Both the position numbers and the translations under genes were made by a program. Of a stretch of 64,000 nucleotides of DNA, positions 27,037 to 36,690 are shown one piece after another; position 1 is the stretch's first letter; each line of letters begins with the position of its first letter. The stretch is from Candidatus Woesebacteria bacterium RIFCSPHIGHO2_01_FULL_39_32 (lineage in GTDB: Bacteria > Patescibacteriota > Microgenomatia > UBA8517), in NCBI GenBank assembly GCA_001792345.1, contig MGGJ01000013.1, forward strand, positions 85,371 to 149,370. The letters are read 5' to 3'. The notes under the pieces were generated by a model. The model made no database searches. It was not told where the DNA came from and was given only the letters and a program-made list of their open reading frames with translations.

Positions 27037-29342
27037 TCAGGATCAAATGGCAGTTCATTTGGAGTTACAAGTTCATTACCTACTTCATCACGAGGCGAAA
27101 CCTCTCTTACAAAAGTCATTACTTGACCCTCTGCAAGTGTACCAACCTTACGACGCCTTCTTATTTCTTCCCAAATATCAATTCCATAGTCTTCCTTAAT
27201 TTCTTTTGCATGAACCTTTGCTCCTTCTGAACCAAGTGTGTAGATACTCCCTATAGGATATTCACGATAGTGAGCTCTTTTCCATTCGAATATTCGACCA
27301 AGCATGGATTCTTCACCAAATTCTAGCTCTTCGTATTTTGATAGGTCACCAGAGGTAATCAAATACAAACGTCTTAAAACTACATTAGTTAGAAGTTGTT
27401 TTTGGGTAGCGTCAAGTGTTAAGGTGCCCCTGTCTTCATTGAGTAATTTGCCTTCTTTGTCCACCCAAAATACAAACGGTTTAGAACTAACATCGAGAGT
27501 AACAAAAACCTTGTGCTCTCTTGGGTACTTTTTGTCGATTCTGAAAACTATTGAGGAAATTCCTTTTGAACCAATTTCGATGTCCCTTTCTTGTGAGAAC
27601 CTATCGCCCCTTGGAGACACGAACCATTTTGAATTGTCCAAGATTACTTTGGTTAAACCAACGTTCTGCCTTTCGATATTATCAACTCTACCATCATCTG
27701 GGTCTAAACATTCCTTGCAAAATTGATAAAGCAAGCTTAACCTTAACTCAGAATTCTGCCCCAATTCAGCACTTTCCGCGAGTTCCTGAAGAGTCAACGT
27801 AGTAGGTTTTCTAAAATGGCCCTGTTGAAAAAAATTTTTCATTTGAGGAGTAACCTTATCCTTGGGTATAGTAAGATAGATCATTAAATCCTCATTTATT
27901 CCAGACTGTAGATAAATGTCTCGAAGGGGTAAGTAAAATGGAATTAGAAAGGTCGGAATCTGGCTTGGAACATATGAAGTGAACTTTTCCCGAAATTCAC
28001 TATCCATTCTAGTAAATAACATGTCATCAATATTTTTCATTACACCTGGTTTACCCCTCTTTCTCATGTGCTCGAAGTCTGCTGTTGTCCCAATTGTAAA
28101 GGTAAAACCCGCAAAGATGCGGAATTCATCTTCTTGCACTAATTTTTTCACCGAAGGTTGAACGTTATCTGAACCAATGTAAACTAAACCCTCGATTTTA
28201 CTCGCCTCAACATATTCAGGTTGTCCAGGAAGAACTTCAAAAGACCGATAAATTTCATGAAGACGACTTATAAAAAAATCTAGTTCTTTTTTGATACCAC
28301 CACCGCTACTAAAGTCAGAAAAGATTGTATCGACAATTTCCTTGTGTACATTTTTAACTACCATTGTATATCCTGAAGATAAACCAGAAGTAAGAGTGTC
28401 GTAGATTAAAGACATTCTTGGGTATTTTTCATCGACGCCAGGTTCCAGCATGGTTGCACGGTTCCTTAAAAAGATTAAATAAGATTTTCCCAGCTCCTGA
28501 AATCTGTCCTGTTCTTCAGATTCTACAACTAAAAGTTGAGGATCTAAGGCCAACTCTAATGCGGGTGCTAGTACGCTCGTATCTTCTCCTGTCGACACTA
28601 TTGTCGGGCTTTTTCTATATTTGTGTTTTGTGAACAGGCTGGTATCTTTTGTTCTCCTTAGGTATTTAGAGAGTGACTCAATAAAGTAATCTAACGATCC
28701 TTGGACATCGGCCCTCTTTTCCTCCGGTAAAGCTTGCGTGTTATTTTTAAATTGGTTGATTATACTTGGCAGTAATCTTAGGGGAACTTGAGCCTCGTCT
28801 CCTGGGGAGAAAACATCCATAACTGCCTTCCTTAGGATTAAACCACTAACCTCTTTTTCGATCTCGATAGCTCTTGAATTTTCATCAATATCATCTTTGT
28901 ATTTTTCTCTATAAAGTTTGTTTTTTTCAACGCCAGGTTTATGTTTACCTTTAAACCTTCTATCTAATTCCTTTTTGTCTTTTTCAAACTGATCATTCAA
29001 AGTAGATATTCTTTGTACATAGATTTGCTCTCTAAATTTGTGTTCCTTTAACAATTCAACAAATGCTAAAACCCTAGCTTGAGGATTTCCCAGATCTCCT
29101 TCCACACAATAATCCCTTTTTATAGGATTTTCTCCTTCGGTAAGTAAATTCAGTTCTACTCCAACAAGTTGGCCTTCTATAACCTTATTTACTTCATCCA
29201 TTGTCCTCTCTGGAGCAACTAGCCAGGCATTATCTCGCGGAGTAACTTCTATTACCTCGCTTTGCTTTCCCGGGTACCAAGGATATGATTCTCTTGCAGG
29301 AATGATGATTTTACTTAAATCTTGTTCCCTTTCATTTGTCAT
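27015..29342 (-). CDS. Large (775-aa) cytoplasmic protein of unknown function (orphan)
   Basis: Long uninterrupted ORF with good coding texture. No TM and no recognisable catalytic motif. Confidence 0.5.
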   Translation of the reverse strand: MTNEREQDLSKIIIPARESYPWYPGKQSEVIEVTPRDNAWLVAPERTMDEVNKVIEGQLVGVELNLLTEGENPIKRDYCVEGDLGNPQARVLAFVELLKEHKFREQIYVQRISTLNDQFEKDKKELDRRFKGKHKPGVEKNKLYREKYKDDIDENSRAIEIEKEVSGLILRKAVMDVFSPGDEAQVPLRLLPSIINQFKNNTQALPEEKRADVQGSLDYFIESLSKYLRRTKDTSLFTKHKYRKSPTIVSTGEDTSVLAPALELALDPQLLVVESEEQDRFQELGKSYLIFLRNRATMLEPGVDEKYPRMSLIYDTLTSGLSSGYTMVVKNVHKEIVDTIFSDFSSGGGIKKELDFFISRLHEIYRSFEVLPGQPEYVEASKIEGLVYIGSDNVQPSVKKLVQEDEFRIFAGFTFTIGTTADFEHMRKRGKPGVMKNIDDMLFTRMDSEFREKFTSYVPSQIPTFLIPFYLPLRDIYLQSGINEDLMIYLTIPKDKVTPQMKNFFQQGHFRKPTTLTLQELAESAELGQNSELRLSLLYQFCKECLDPDDGRVDNIERQNVGLTKVILDNSKWFVSPRGDRFSQERDIEIGSKGISSIVFRIDKKYPREHKVFVTLDVSSKPFVFWVDKEGKLLNEDRGTLTLDATQKQLLTNVVLRRLYLITSGDLSKYEELEFGEESMLGRIFEWKRAHYREYPIGSIYTLGSEGAKVHAKEIKEDYGIDIWEEIRRRRKVGTLAEGQVMTFVREVSPRDEVGNELVTPNELPFDPEWVPLRL

Positions 29343-29400
29343 ACCGAATATTATACAAACTTTGTAAACAACGTGCTCTTTCGATTCTATTGAGGAGGAA

Positions 29401-30507
29401 CTACAAAGCTTTCAGAGACTCTTGAGCGGGGGTGAAGTTTTTGTTGTATTGGACAGCCAATTCAAACTCACGTTTTGCTGGATCTTTATTTCCTTGTGCC
29501 AAATAAATTTCCCCTCTAATTTGGTAAAGTTCGGAATAGGCACGATTACCGTTATTTAAGATTTTGTCTGTAATTTGAAAAACACGGTCATAATTTCCCA
29601 ACTCTTTATAAGCCTGAATCGGTTCGATTTGATACCAAAGCATTCGTTTGGGTAGTCGACTTTCAACATTCTCAAACGCAGTTACGGAATTTTGATAGTC
29701 TCCTAAGTGATAATAGCTTGTTGCCATATTAAACCAAGCGTAGACATTTTCATCGGCCAGTTCAGATTCTTTTTTTGCTCGCTCAAGCGCGTTCTCCCAC
29801 GCAATTTTTTCATCCAAATCCTTTCCAATTATCGCCTCGACTAATTCTTTTTTGGTGTCATCATAAACGATAATAAAGGCGTAATTAAAAGGTTGCCATA
29901 TACTTAAAAAATCATAATAAGAAAACTTACGATTCGGTCCTTCGTAAGAATCATCCTGAATAATCACTCCTTTGCTTTCGTCGAATCCCCGCACAATTCT
30001 AAAGTGTCCGATATCATCACCTACATGAAGCCAAGTTTTTACAACAACAGGGATTCCATTGGCAGTAAAATTTTTAAGGAGATCAATATCTCCATTTACT
30101 CTACTTATCGCCTCAACGCCATACTTTTCAGCCCAATTAACGAATTCATATGTAAATATTGTTTTGTCGTCATTGTCACCACTAGGGATTTGAAAGGGGC
30201 GCATCTGGTCTCCCAATTCTTTTTGAGAAACATCCTTCCCATACCACGAAAGTATCATAGATAAAGTCGCCGGGCCACAATTATTGAAAGTTTGGTACGT
30301 ATGTTTTGGGTTATCAACTAAAGCATAGTCTCCAGGAGTTTTTATTTGAATATTCTTCGTGGTATTTTCTTGTTTGATACTTTGTTCTATATCAACATTC
30401 TGTACAAATTTAGTTTCAAGTGGTGGCTTCAGCTTATATTTAAAATAAGCTGCTATCCCACCAACCCCAAGGAAAATCAACAGTGCAGCAATTACTATTC
30501 TTCTCAC
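29401..30507 (-). CDS. Membrane-anchored C39-like cysteine peptidase domain fused to TPR repeats
   Basis: N-terminal TM. Papain-like C39_2 Cys motif NNCGPATLSMIL with a later GHF. C-terminal TPR-like repeats (YAWFNMATSYYHLGDYQNSV...). Confidence 0.55.
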   Translation of the reverse strand: MRRIVIAALLIFLGVGGIAAYFKYKLKPPLETKFVQNVDIEQSIKQENTTKNIQIKTPGDYALVDNPKHTYQTFNNCGPATLSMILSWYGKDVSQKELGDQMRPFQIPSGDNDDKTIFTYEFVNWAEKYGVEAISRVNGDIDLLKNFTANGIPVVVKTWLHVGDDIGHFRIVRGFDESKGVIIQDDSYEGPNRKFSYYDFLSIWQPFNYAFIIVYDDTKKELVEAIIGKDLDEKIAWENALERAKKESELADENVYAWFNMATSYYHLGDYQNSVTAFENVESRLPKRMLWYQIEPIQAYKELGNYDRVFQITDKILNNGNRAYSELYQIRGEIYLAQGNKDPAKREFELAVQYNKNFTPAQESLKAL

Positions 30508-30541
30508 AACGTATATTATATCTGAAGACTGTCACTTTAAA

Positions 30542-30916
30542 CTAATTTATCTGAAGGCGTTTTTTTACCGTTGCGACAACCTCGGTTAATGAAGTATTGG
30601 TTTTTACCAAATAATCTACTGCTCCTAATTGTTTTGCAATTTTTTCCTCGGTGTGTAGGTTTGTTATAACAACAACCGGAATTTTGGAAAGTCCTTTCTC
30701 ATTTTTAATTTCTTTTAAAGCCTCTAACCCAGAAGTCGAGCCTGGCAATAAAAGATCCAGTAATATCAAGTCGGGCTTTCCCGCCTTTGCAGCAAAGAGT
30801 GCTTCCTCCCCAAAGGTTACTGAAATAGTTCTGAGCCCCTCTCTTTCAAGAGTTTTTTTATAGATATCAAGAGTTGTAAAATTGTCCTCTATTAGTAATA
30901 TTTTTCTCCTATTCAT
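30542..30916 (-). CDS. Stand-alone response-regulator receiver (CheY-like)
   Basis: LLIEDN, the phospho-acceptor context LILLDLLLPG, and a conserved K (VVVITN...). Confidence 0.8.
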   Translation of the reverse strand: MNRRKILLIEDNFTTLDIYKKTLEREGLRTISVTFGEEALFAAKAGKPDLILLDLLLPGSTSGLEALKEIKNEKGLSKIPVVVITNLHTEEKIAKQLGAVDYLVKTNTSLTEVVATVKKRLQIN

Positions 30917-31015
30917 TTTGTGTTCCTAATCACATTGTAGCATTACCCGATATAATTGTATACTAGATTCATGACTAAATACAAAGAATATTAAAATAAC
31001 AAATATGCTATTTAT

Positions 31016-31363
31016 ATGACAAAATACAAAGAATATTTTGAGAAAATGCTTGCAGAGAACAAGGAACTTTTTGATGAATTCAAAAAGATTCACGCGCAAT
31101 ACACTCTGGATCCTGATAGACTGCAAGATCAATTCAATTTGCAAGGAGAAAAAATTTTGGAAGTAATACGGGAATACGAAAACCGCCTCTGCGCGGATAC
31201 CGAGCGTGGAATGTATAACAAATTCTCGGTAGCCTTAGCCGAAAAATTTCAAAATGAAGTTCAATACCACTTCCCTATGATTGATCATATCGGTTTAATT
31301 GTCGAAAAAGACCAACCTGCCTACGAAGAAAGCTTTAGTATTAAGAAAATTGACCTTTCGTAA
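31016..31363 (+). CDS. Hypothetical 115-aa protein
   Basis: Isolated plus-strand ORF among minus-strand genes. No motif recognised. Confidence 0.35.
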   Translation: MTKYKEYFEKMLAENKELFDEFKKIHAQYTLDPDRLQDQFNLQGEKILEVIREYENRLCADTERGMYNKFSVALAEKFQNEVQYHFPMIDHIGLIVEKDQPAYEESFSIKKIDLS

Positions 31364-31364
31364 A

Positions 31365-32024
31365 TTAGAATTTTACGTTGAAATCAAGACTCGGAGGGAA
31401 AAGCTGCTCTTCACGAATATTTGTATTGGTCAGTTCAGCCTCTAATATGTTTATGTCCTCCTCTAACTGGAGTACTTCAGGATCTCCGGCATAGATTGAA
31501 GGCTTGTACGGTTGATACGGAATAGGTGAAGGAGATATTCCTGGAGGCCTAACGACCACCCCGTCGTCCTCTTGCAAGGTTCTAAAAAGTCTAAAAGCGA
31601 TGAAGGTAAGAATAATAAGAAAAACCAATATAAGAAAAGCTCGTACAAGTTTTTTAAGGAATGATTTATCAACAAGTTGTTTTGCACCCGAGACAGCATG
31701 GGACCCTAATTCGACGCCCTGCACCGCTGCCGGTGTTGCTTTAGTGGTAACCTTTTTAAGTGTTTTATTTACAAAAGTTTTAAAACCCTGAATATCGGAA
31801 ACTATGCTATCTTCCTCAGATGAAGCTGGCATTGTCGAGGCAGTTGCCTCTTGCTTTGTAGTTTTCTCTGAAGGTTTTGGTTCAGGCTCTTGTTGACCGG
31901 TCGAAGGTGGAATGTAAGGTCGCGGTTTGCCCAATAAAGACGAAAGCCACCCGGCTACTCCACCCATACCTTTAAACGTCCCTTTCAAACCACCCGGTTT
32001 TTGTTTTTTATCTTTCTCTTCCAT
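31365..32024 (-). CDS. Hypothetical single-pass membrane protein with a P/K/E-rich N-terminus
   Basis: Low-complexity N-terminal half and one TM (LVRAFLILVFLIILTFIAF). Confidence 0.4.
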   Translation of the reverse strand: MEEKDKKQKPGGLKGTFKGMGGVAGWLSSLLGKPRPYIPPSTGQQEPEPKPSEKTTKQEATASTMPASSEEDSIVSDIQGFKTFVNKTLKKVTTKATPAAVQGVELGSHAVSGAKQLVDKSFLKKLVRAFLILVFLIILTFIAFRLFRTLQEDDGVVVRPPGISPSPIPYQPYKPSIYAGDPEVLQLEEDINILEAELTNTNIREEQLFPPSLDFNVKF

Positions 32025-32025
32025 G

Positions 32026-32934
32026 TTATTCTTCGGCTGTTTTTATCTCCCTAATAATCTCTCCCATAAAAGTATTAGCTTCTTTGAGATAAAGCTGTGT
32101 TTCACCTAAAATTGTAATGACTTCGTTATATTGCGATAAAGCGTTTGATCTTCGTTTTGCCAAAAGGGTTATCGCACTTTCTGCGTCGCTTTTCCGTTCC
32201 TTACTCCTCGCTATCCTATTTTCGGTTTCGAATACCCATCTATTTAAAATATCAAACTTTTGATTACTAAACGTGTATTCATCCCGCTCTTCGGTTCTTA
32301 TATCCTCCGACTTATTTTTTACTCTACCGAAAATCTCATCCGTCCGATCAGTAAACTCCAATACCCTTCCATGAGCGATCACTGCAAGCACTTCATAAAT
32401 AAGTGGGTCAACAGATTTCCATCGTGATTGGGCTTCAATAGAATCTTTCTCCAGATCTTCCAAAGTTCCAGCACTAGGAATCGTGTTTCTATGGTCAGTA
32501 AACCACCCAATCTCCTCATCTATCCTTACTTTCAAGCCCTCTTCGGTAGAATCCTGAACTCCTATAGCCTCGGAAACACGTGTCTTCAGAGCTAATAAAT
32601 ATGAAATTACAACATTATCTCGTGTTTCAAGCATCAGAACCGTTGCGGATTGTGCCTCTTGTCGTGAAGTAAGGGTACCAAACCTCTGGTATTGTGCTTT
32701 TTTAAATAAATACTCATCATGAGCACTGCGATAAATTTCCATTTCATCCTGATACTTCCCGTAAGCTGCATCAAAAGATTCTGTCGTCACAGCTTCCGAT
32801 TCCTCTATTGTTTCTGAAGGACCAGTCTCGGTTACTGTTTCAGGTTCTTGTGATGATACAACCGTTTGTCCAAAAATTAATAAGAAAACTAAAATCGCAC
32901 AAAAAGTAAGGAGTGATTTTTTCATAACTGCCAT
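32026..32934 (-). CDS. Hypothetical secreted protein
   Basis: Signal peptide and an acidic helical body. Start adjacent to the upstream gene's stop. Confidence 0.45.
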   Translation of the reverse strand: MAVMKKSLLTFCAILVFLLIFGQTVVSSQEPETVTETGPSETIEESEAVTTESFDAAYGKYQDEMEIYRSAHDEYLFKKAQYQRFGTLTSRQEAQSATVLMLETRDNVVISYLLALKTRVSEAIGVQDSTEEGLKVRIDEEIGWFTDHRNTIPSAGTLEDLEKDSIEAQSRWKSVDPLIYEVLAVIAHGRVLEFTDRTDEIFGRVKNKSEDIRTEERDEYTFSNQKFDILNRWVFETENRIARSKERKSDAESAITLLAKRRSNALSQYNEVITILGETQLYLKEANTFMGEIIREIKTAEE

Positions 32935-33056
32935 TTAACTTTACTATAGCTTCGGGAAAGCCGTCAACTATGTTGACGGATGAATTGAAGCTAGAGCCAA
33001 CATTTTCCCTTCGGGGCTTTGGAAAAAGCCGTCACCTCTGGTGGCGGGAAATGTTA

Positions 33057-33707
33057 CTATAGATTTGATATTTCTTCCAATGAAATCTTGTCAAAGCTAT
33101 CTTTCAGTAAATCCGCATTATTGAGGGTCTTTAGGTGTTTATTATCTCTATAAATACCTATTACCTTCATTCCTGCACCCTTAGCAGCTTCTATCCCCGA
33201 TTCAGAATCTTCGAAGACCAAACATCTTTCAGGTTCTATGCCCATCTTATCTAATGCTACCAGGAAAATGTCGGGCTCAGGTTTTTTGAATGAAACCTCC
33301 TCGCCCGTTGTTACGCTATCAAAATACTTTTCTATATGAAGGTAATCAAATATATTTTCAACTATATCCCATGTGTTCGAAGTTGCCAATGCAACTAAAA
33401 TTTCTGACTCACGGAGAGCAGTTACAAATTCAATAAACCCATCTTTAAGCGTAACCTTCGGGATAAGTTTTTTGTATTCCTGCTGAGTAAGTAAAGTCAA
33501 TTCCTCAATAGTTTTGTCTGTCTTTATATTGTATTTTTTTATAAAAATCGGCCAATTCTCTCTTACTCCAATTCCGCCTACATGAGGATACTCTGAGTCT
33601 ACAATAACCCCAAGTTTTTTAAGCACCCGAGCGAATGCCTCTCCATATTCATCCTCGTCTGCTACAACGGTCCCATCTAAGTCAAAAATAACTGCAGAGA
33701 GTTTCAT
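33057..33707 (-). CDS. HAD hydrolase, beta-phosphoglucomutase/phosphatase-like (IA)
   Basis: Motif I FDLDGTV. Motif IV FEDSESGIEAAKGAGM. Confidence 0.7.
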   Translation of the reverse strand: MKLSAVIFDLDGTVVADEDEYGEAFARVLKKLGVIVDSEYPHVGGIGVRENWPIFIKKYNIKTDKTIEELTLLTQQEYKKLIPKVTLKDGFIEFVTALRESEILVALATSNTWDIVENIFDYLHIEKYFDSVTTGEEVSFKKPEPDIFLVALDKMGIEPERCLVFEDSESGIEAAKGAGMKVIGIYRDNKHLKTLNNADLLKDSFDKISLEEISNL

Positions 33708-35137
33708 TTAAAAGTTTTTACTCGGAGTCCTTCTGGAGTATCTTCAAGCAAAAATCCTTTTTCTTCGATATTCTTCCGTACATTATCGGCCTCATCAAAT
33801 TTTCCTTCCTTTCTCAGTTTCTCACGTTTGCTAATCAGCTTCCCAACTTCTTCTGGTATTTCAAATTTTATCTCTTGAACCTCTGAAAGTTTCAGCCCGA
33901 GTACTTCATCAAAGGATAGCGCTAAGTCATATTTATCCTCCGATGGAATGTTGCTTTTCATTGCATCCCAAAGGACAGCCAACGCCCTTGGAGTATTCAA
34001 GTCATCATTAACAGCCTCAAGAAATCGGGAGCTGAAGCCGTCAACTTTCTTTCTTTTTTCTTCCGAAAGAGAAGTTCTTGTATTTTGGGTCTTTGCGGCC
34101 AGAACTTGTTCATTAAGTTTATCGAGTGCTTGCTGAGAACTCTTTAAAGAATCCCAGGTAAAGTTTAATGGTTCATTATACTTGCCAGTCAGATAAAAAT
34201 ACCGAAGTGCCAGTGCTCCATAACCTTTCTTTTCGATATCGGTTATTGTGTAAAAATTACCAAGACTTTTTCCCATCCTTTTCCCGTCAACCTTCAAAAA
34301 AGCACCGTGGATCCAATACTTTACAAACTTTTTCCCTGTTGCCCCTTCGGATTGCGCAATCTCATTGGGATGATGAGTTGAACGAAGGTCTTCTCCCCCT
34401 GCATGTATATCAAAAGTCTCTCCTAAATATTTCATGCTCATAGCCGAACACTCGATATGCCAACCCGGAAAACCAACTCCCCAAGGAGAGTCCCATTCCA
34501 TATCCCGTTTTTCACTTGGATCGCTAAATTTCCATAAAGCAAAATCTCTGGGATTTTTTTTAGCTTTATTAACCTTGACTCTTGCTCCTTCTTTTATTTG
34601 ATCGAGTGTTGAAAGTTCGCCATATTTCTTCCCCGTACTTTTTTCGAACTCAATTGTGTCGAAATAAATTCCATCCGGAATTTTATAAGTTATGCCATTT
34701 TCTTCAAGCTTTTTAATTAAATCCATTTGATCTTTTATGTGATCAGTTGCCTTGGCGAAAGTATCAGCTTTGGTTAGGTTCAATTTTTCAAAGTCTTTAA
34801 GAAATGCTTCCGTATAAAATTTGGCGATATCCCAAGCTGTTTTTCTTTCTCTTTTAGCTGCTTTTACCAACCTATCCACACCTGTATCTGCATCTCCCAA
34901 GTTATCTCCAGTCAAATGCCCAACGTCAGTAAAATTCATTACATACCTAACTTGGTAACCGTTATATTTCAGTGTTCTTACAAGAATATCCCCAGTTACG
35001 TATGTCCGAAAGTTTCCAATCGATGCATAGTCATAGACCGTAGGGCCACATGTATACATTCCGACATTAGGAGGATTTATCGGTTCAAACTTTTCTTTTT
35101 TGCGGGTTAAAGAATTGGTTAAATAAAGTTCTGTCAT
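33704..35137 (-). CDS. cysS: Cysteinyl-tRNA synthetase with a non-canonical HIGH motif
   Basis: CGPTVYDY...RTYV, and the zinc and active-site block WHIECSAM...[20 protein letters not shown]. The KMSKS equivalent is RMGKSLGN, and the HIGH position reads SIGN. Confidence 0.85.
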   Translation of the reverse strand: MTELYLTNSLTRKKEKFEPINPPNVGMYTCGPTVYDYASIGNFRTYVTGDILVRTLKYNGYQVRYVMNFTDVGHLTGDNLGDADTGVDRLVKAAKRERKTAWDIAKFYTEAFLKDFEKLNLTKADTFAKATDHIKDQMDLIKKLEENGITYKIPDGIYFDTIEFEKSTGKKYGELSTLDQIKEGARVKVNKAKKNPRDFALWKFSDPSEKRDMEWDSPWGVGFPGWHIECSAMSMKYLGETFDIHAGGEDLRSTHHPNEIAQSEGATGKKFVKYWIHGAFLKVDGKRMGKSLGNFYTITDIEKKGYGALALRYFYLTGKYNEPLNFTWDSLKSSQQALDKLNEQVLAAKTQNTRTSLSEEKRKKVDGFSSRFLEAVNDDLNTPRALAVLWDAMKSNIPSEDKYDLALSFDEVLGLKLSEVQEIKFEIPEEVGKLISKREKLRKEGKFDEADNVRKNIEEKGFLLEDTPEGLRVKTFK

Positions 35138-35143
35138 GTTAAT

Positions 35144-35602
35144 TTATCCTGACACCATTTTCCCCATCTCCTTGGTTCCTTGTTTCTTTTGTGCAGGACC
35201 CATCATTCCTCTTTTTCGTCTGGTTACCGGTTCAACCAGAGGTGTTTCCGCTTGCGGCTCCTGTTGTCCTTGTTTCATCTCCCCCATAACTTTTTGCTCG
35301 TAACTTTGTTGTTTTTCTTCTCTTTCTCCTCTAAGTTTCTTGAGTTCTTGTTCCAATTCTTCTATTCTACGTTTGGTTTGGGCTTCTTCTTGGGCTTTCT
35401 CTATTGCAGATATCTCCTGCACTTTTCCATTTCCCGTCATTACCTGTTGCATGACAGACATCTCGCCAGGCTTTTCCCTACCCGTAACTTGCGATCCGGC
35501 TGATTTTAAAATCTCGATAGGCTCTAAGGCCACCTGCTTTGCTATCTGCTTAGCAATATCGGCAGTTGTTTTTCCTGCTTTTTTAATTATTCCGTTTGTC
35601 AT
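35144..35602 (-). CDS. Hypothetical K/E/Q-rich coiled-coil protein
   Basis: 152 aa, low complexity. Confidence 0.4.
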   Translation of the reverse strand: MTNGIIKKAGKTTADIAKQIAKQVALEPIEILKSAGSQVTGREKPGEMSVMQQVMTGNGKVQEISAIEKAQEEAQTKRRIEELEQELKKLRGEREEKQQSYEQKVMGEMKQGQQEPQAETPLVEPVTRRKRGMMGPAQKKQGTKEMGKMVSG

Positions 35603-36261
35603 ATGATCCTTCTTCCCTCCAATGCTTCTCTTAACGTTGTTTCATCTGCATATTCTAAATCGGCGCCTGTCGGAATACCCATTCCCAATCTGGTAAGTTT
35701 TACGGTTTCGCCATTTGAGGAGAGCTCTTTTACTTTTTTTGAAATATACATCGCCGTTGCGTCACCCTCCATTGTTGGATTTGTTGCTATAATGATTTCG
35801 CTAATTTTAGCGTCGTTTTCAGAAATCCTTCTTAATAGCTCCGTTATAAAAATTTCATCCGGTCCAATATTATCCAATGGATTTAAACTTCCGTGTAAAA
35901 CGTGATAAATACCTTTATATCTTCCCGTTTTCTCAAAAGCAAGTATGTCCAAAGGTTGTTCGACTACCAAAAGTTGTGTGTGATCTCGGTTTGCATCAGA
36001 ACAAATTGGGCATGGGTCACTCTCGCTTACATTCTTACAGACAGAGCATAGAATTGTTTCTTTCTTTAAATTAGCAAGTGATGTGGCAAATTCTTCAAGT
36101 TCGGTTTGCGGTACATGAAGTAGATAGTAGGTTAAGCGTTGGGCAGTTTTGGGACCAATTCCCGGTAGTTTCTGGAACGCTTCAATTAATCTTGATAATG
36201 GTTTGGGTATTCTCATCACGCTATATATTAAAGTTTCCAGTGTCCAATTTCCAGTCTCCAA
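35599..36261 (-). CDS. recR: Recombination protein RecR
   Basis: HhH (LPGIGPKTAQRL), a C4 zinc finger (CSVC...CPIC) and a Toprim C-terminus. Confidence 0.9.
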   Translation of the reverse strand: METGNWTLETLIYSVMRIPKPLSRLIEAFQKLPGIGPKTAQRLTYYLLHVPQTELEEFATSLANLKKETILCSVCKNVSESDPCPICSDANRDHTQLLVVEQPLDILAFEKTGRYKGIYHVLHGSLNPLDNIGPDEIFITELLRRISENDAKISEIIIATNPTMEGDATAMYISKKVKELSSNGETVKLTRLGMGIPTGADLEYADETTLREALEGRRII

Positions 36262-36303
36262 TCAGTTTTTAAGAAGTCAAACAAGTACAAAAGACTGCCG
36301 AAG

Positions 36304-36588
36304 TTATGACATCCCGCCCAATAAACCACTCAATCCTCCACCCATTTCCATCATTTTTTTAGCTGATTTTTTCTGAATTTCCTTCATGGCTCTATTTATT
36401 AACTCAACCAATTCTCTTTTATCTTCCCCATTAACTTCCAAAGAGACTATATTTTGAGTACCATTAACCGTAACTTTCATTCCACTTCCTTCTTCTGTAT
36501 GGCGGATTTGCTCCAATTCAGCCTGAAGTTGTTTAGCCTGCTGACGAAGTTTTAGTAGTTCTTTTCCTTGACGAATTTTGTCAAACAT
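36304..36588 (-). CDS. ybaB: Nucleoid-associated protein YbaB/EbfC
   Basis: 94 aa with a typical YbaB sequence. Sits in dnaX-ybaB-recR synteny. Confidence 0.85.
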   Translation of the reverse strand: MFDKIRQGKELLKLRQQAKQLQAELEQIRHTEEGSGMKVTVNGTQNIVSLEVNGEDKRELVELINRAMKEIQKKSAKKMMEMGGGLSGLLGGMS

Positions 36589-36690
36589 ATAGTAATTTTA
36601 CTACATAAATTTAAAATCCAAAATCCCAATTTCAAAATCTAAATTAATTTGATATTTGTCATTTGGATTTGGGATTTGCTAAACTTTAGT
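36589..36690 (-). repeat. Homologous heptamer-repeat hairpin element in the ybaB leader (about 80% identical to the ssb copy over ~65 nt)
   Basis: On the minus strand: AAATCCCAAATCCAAATGACAAATATCAAATTAATTTAGATTTTGAAATTGGGATTTTGGATTTT. Confidence 0.6.
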
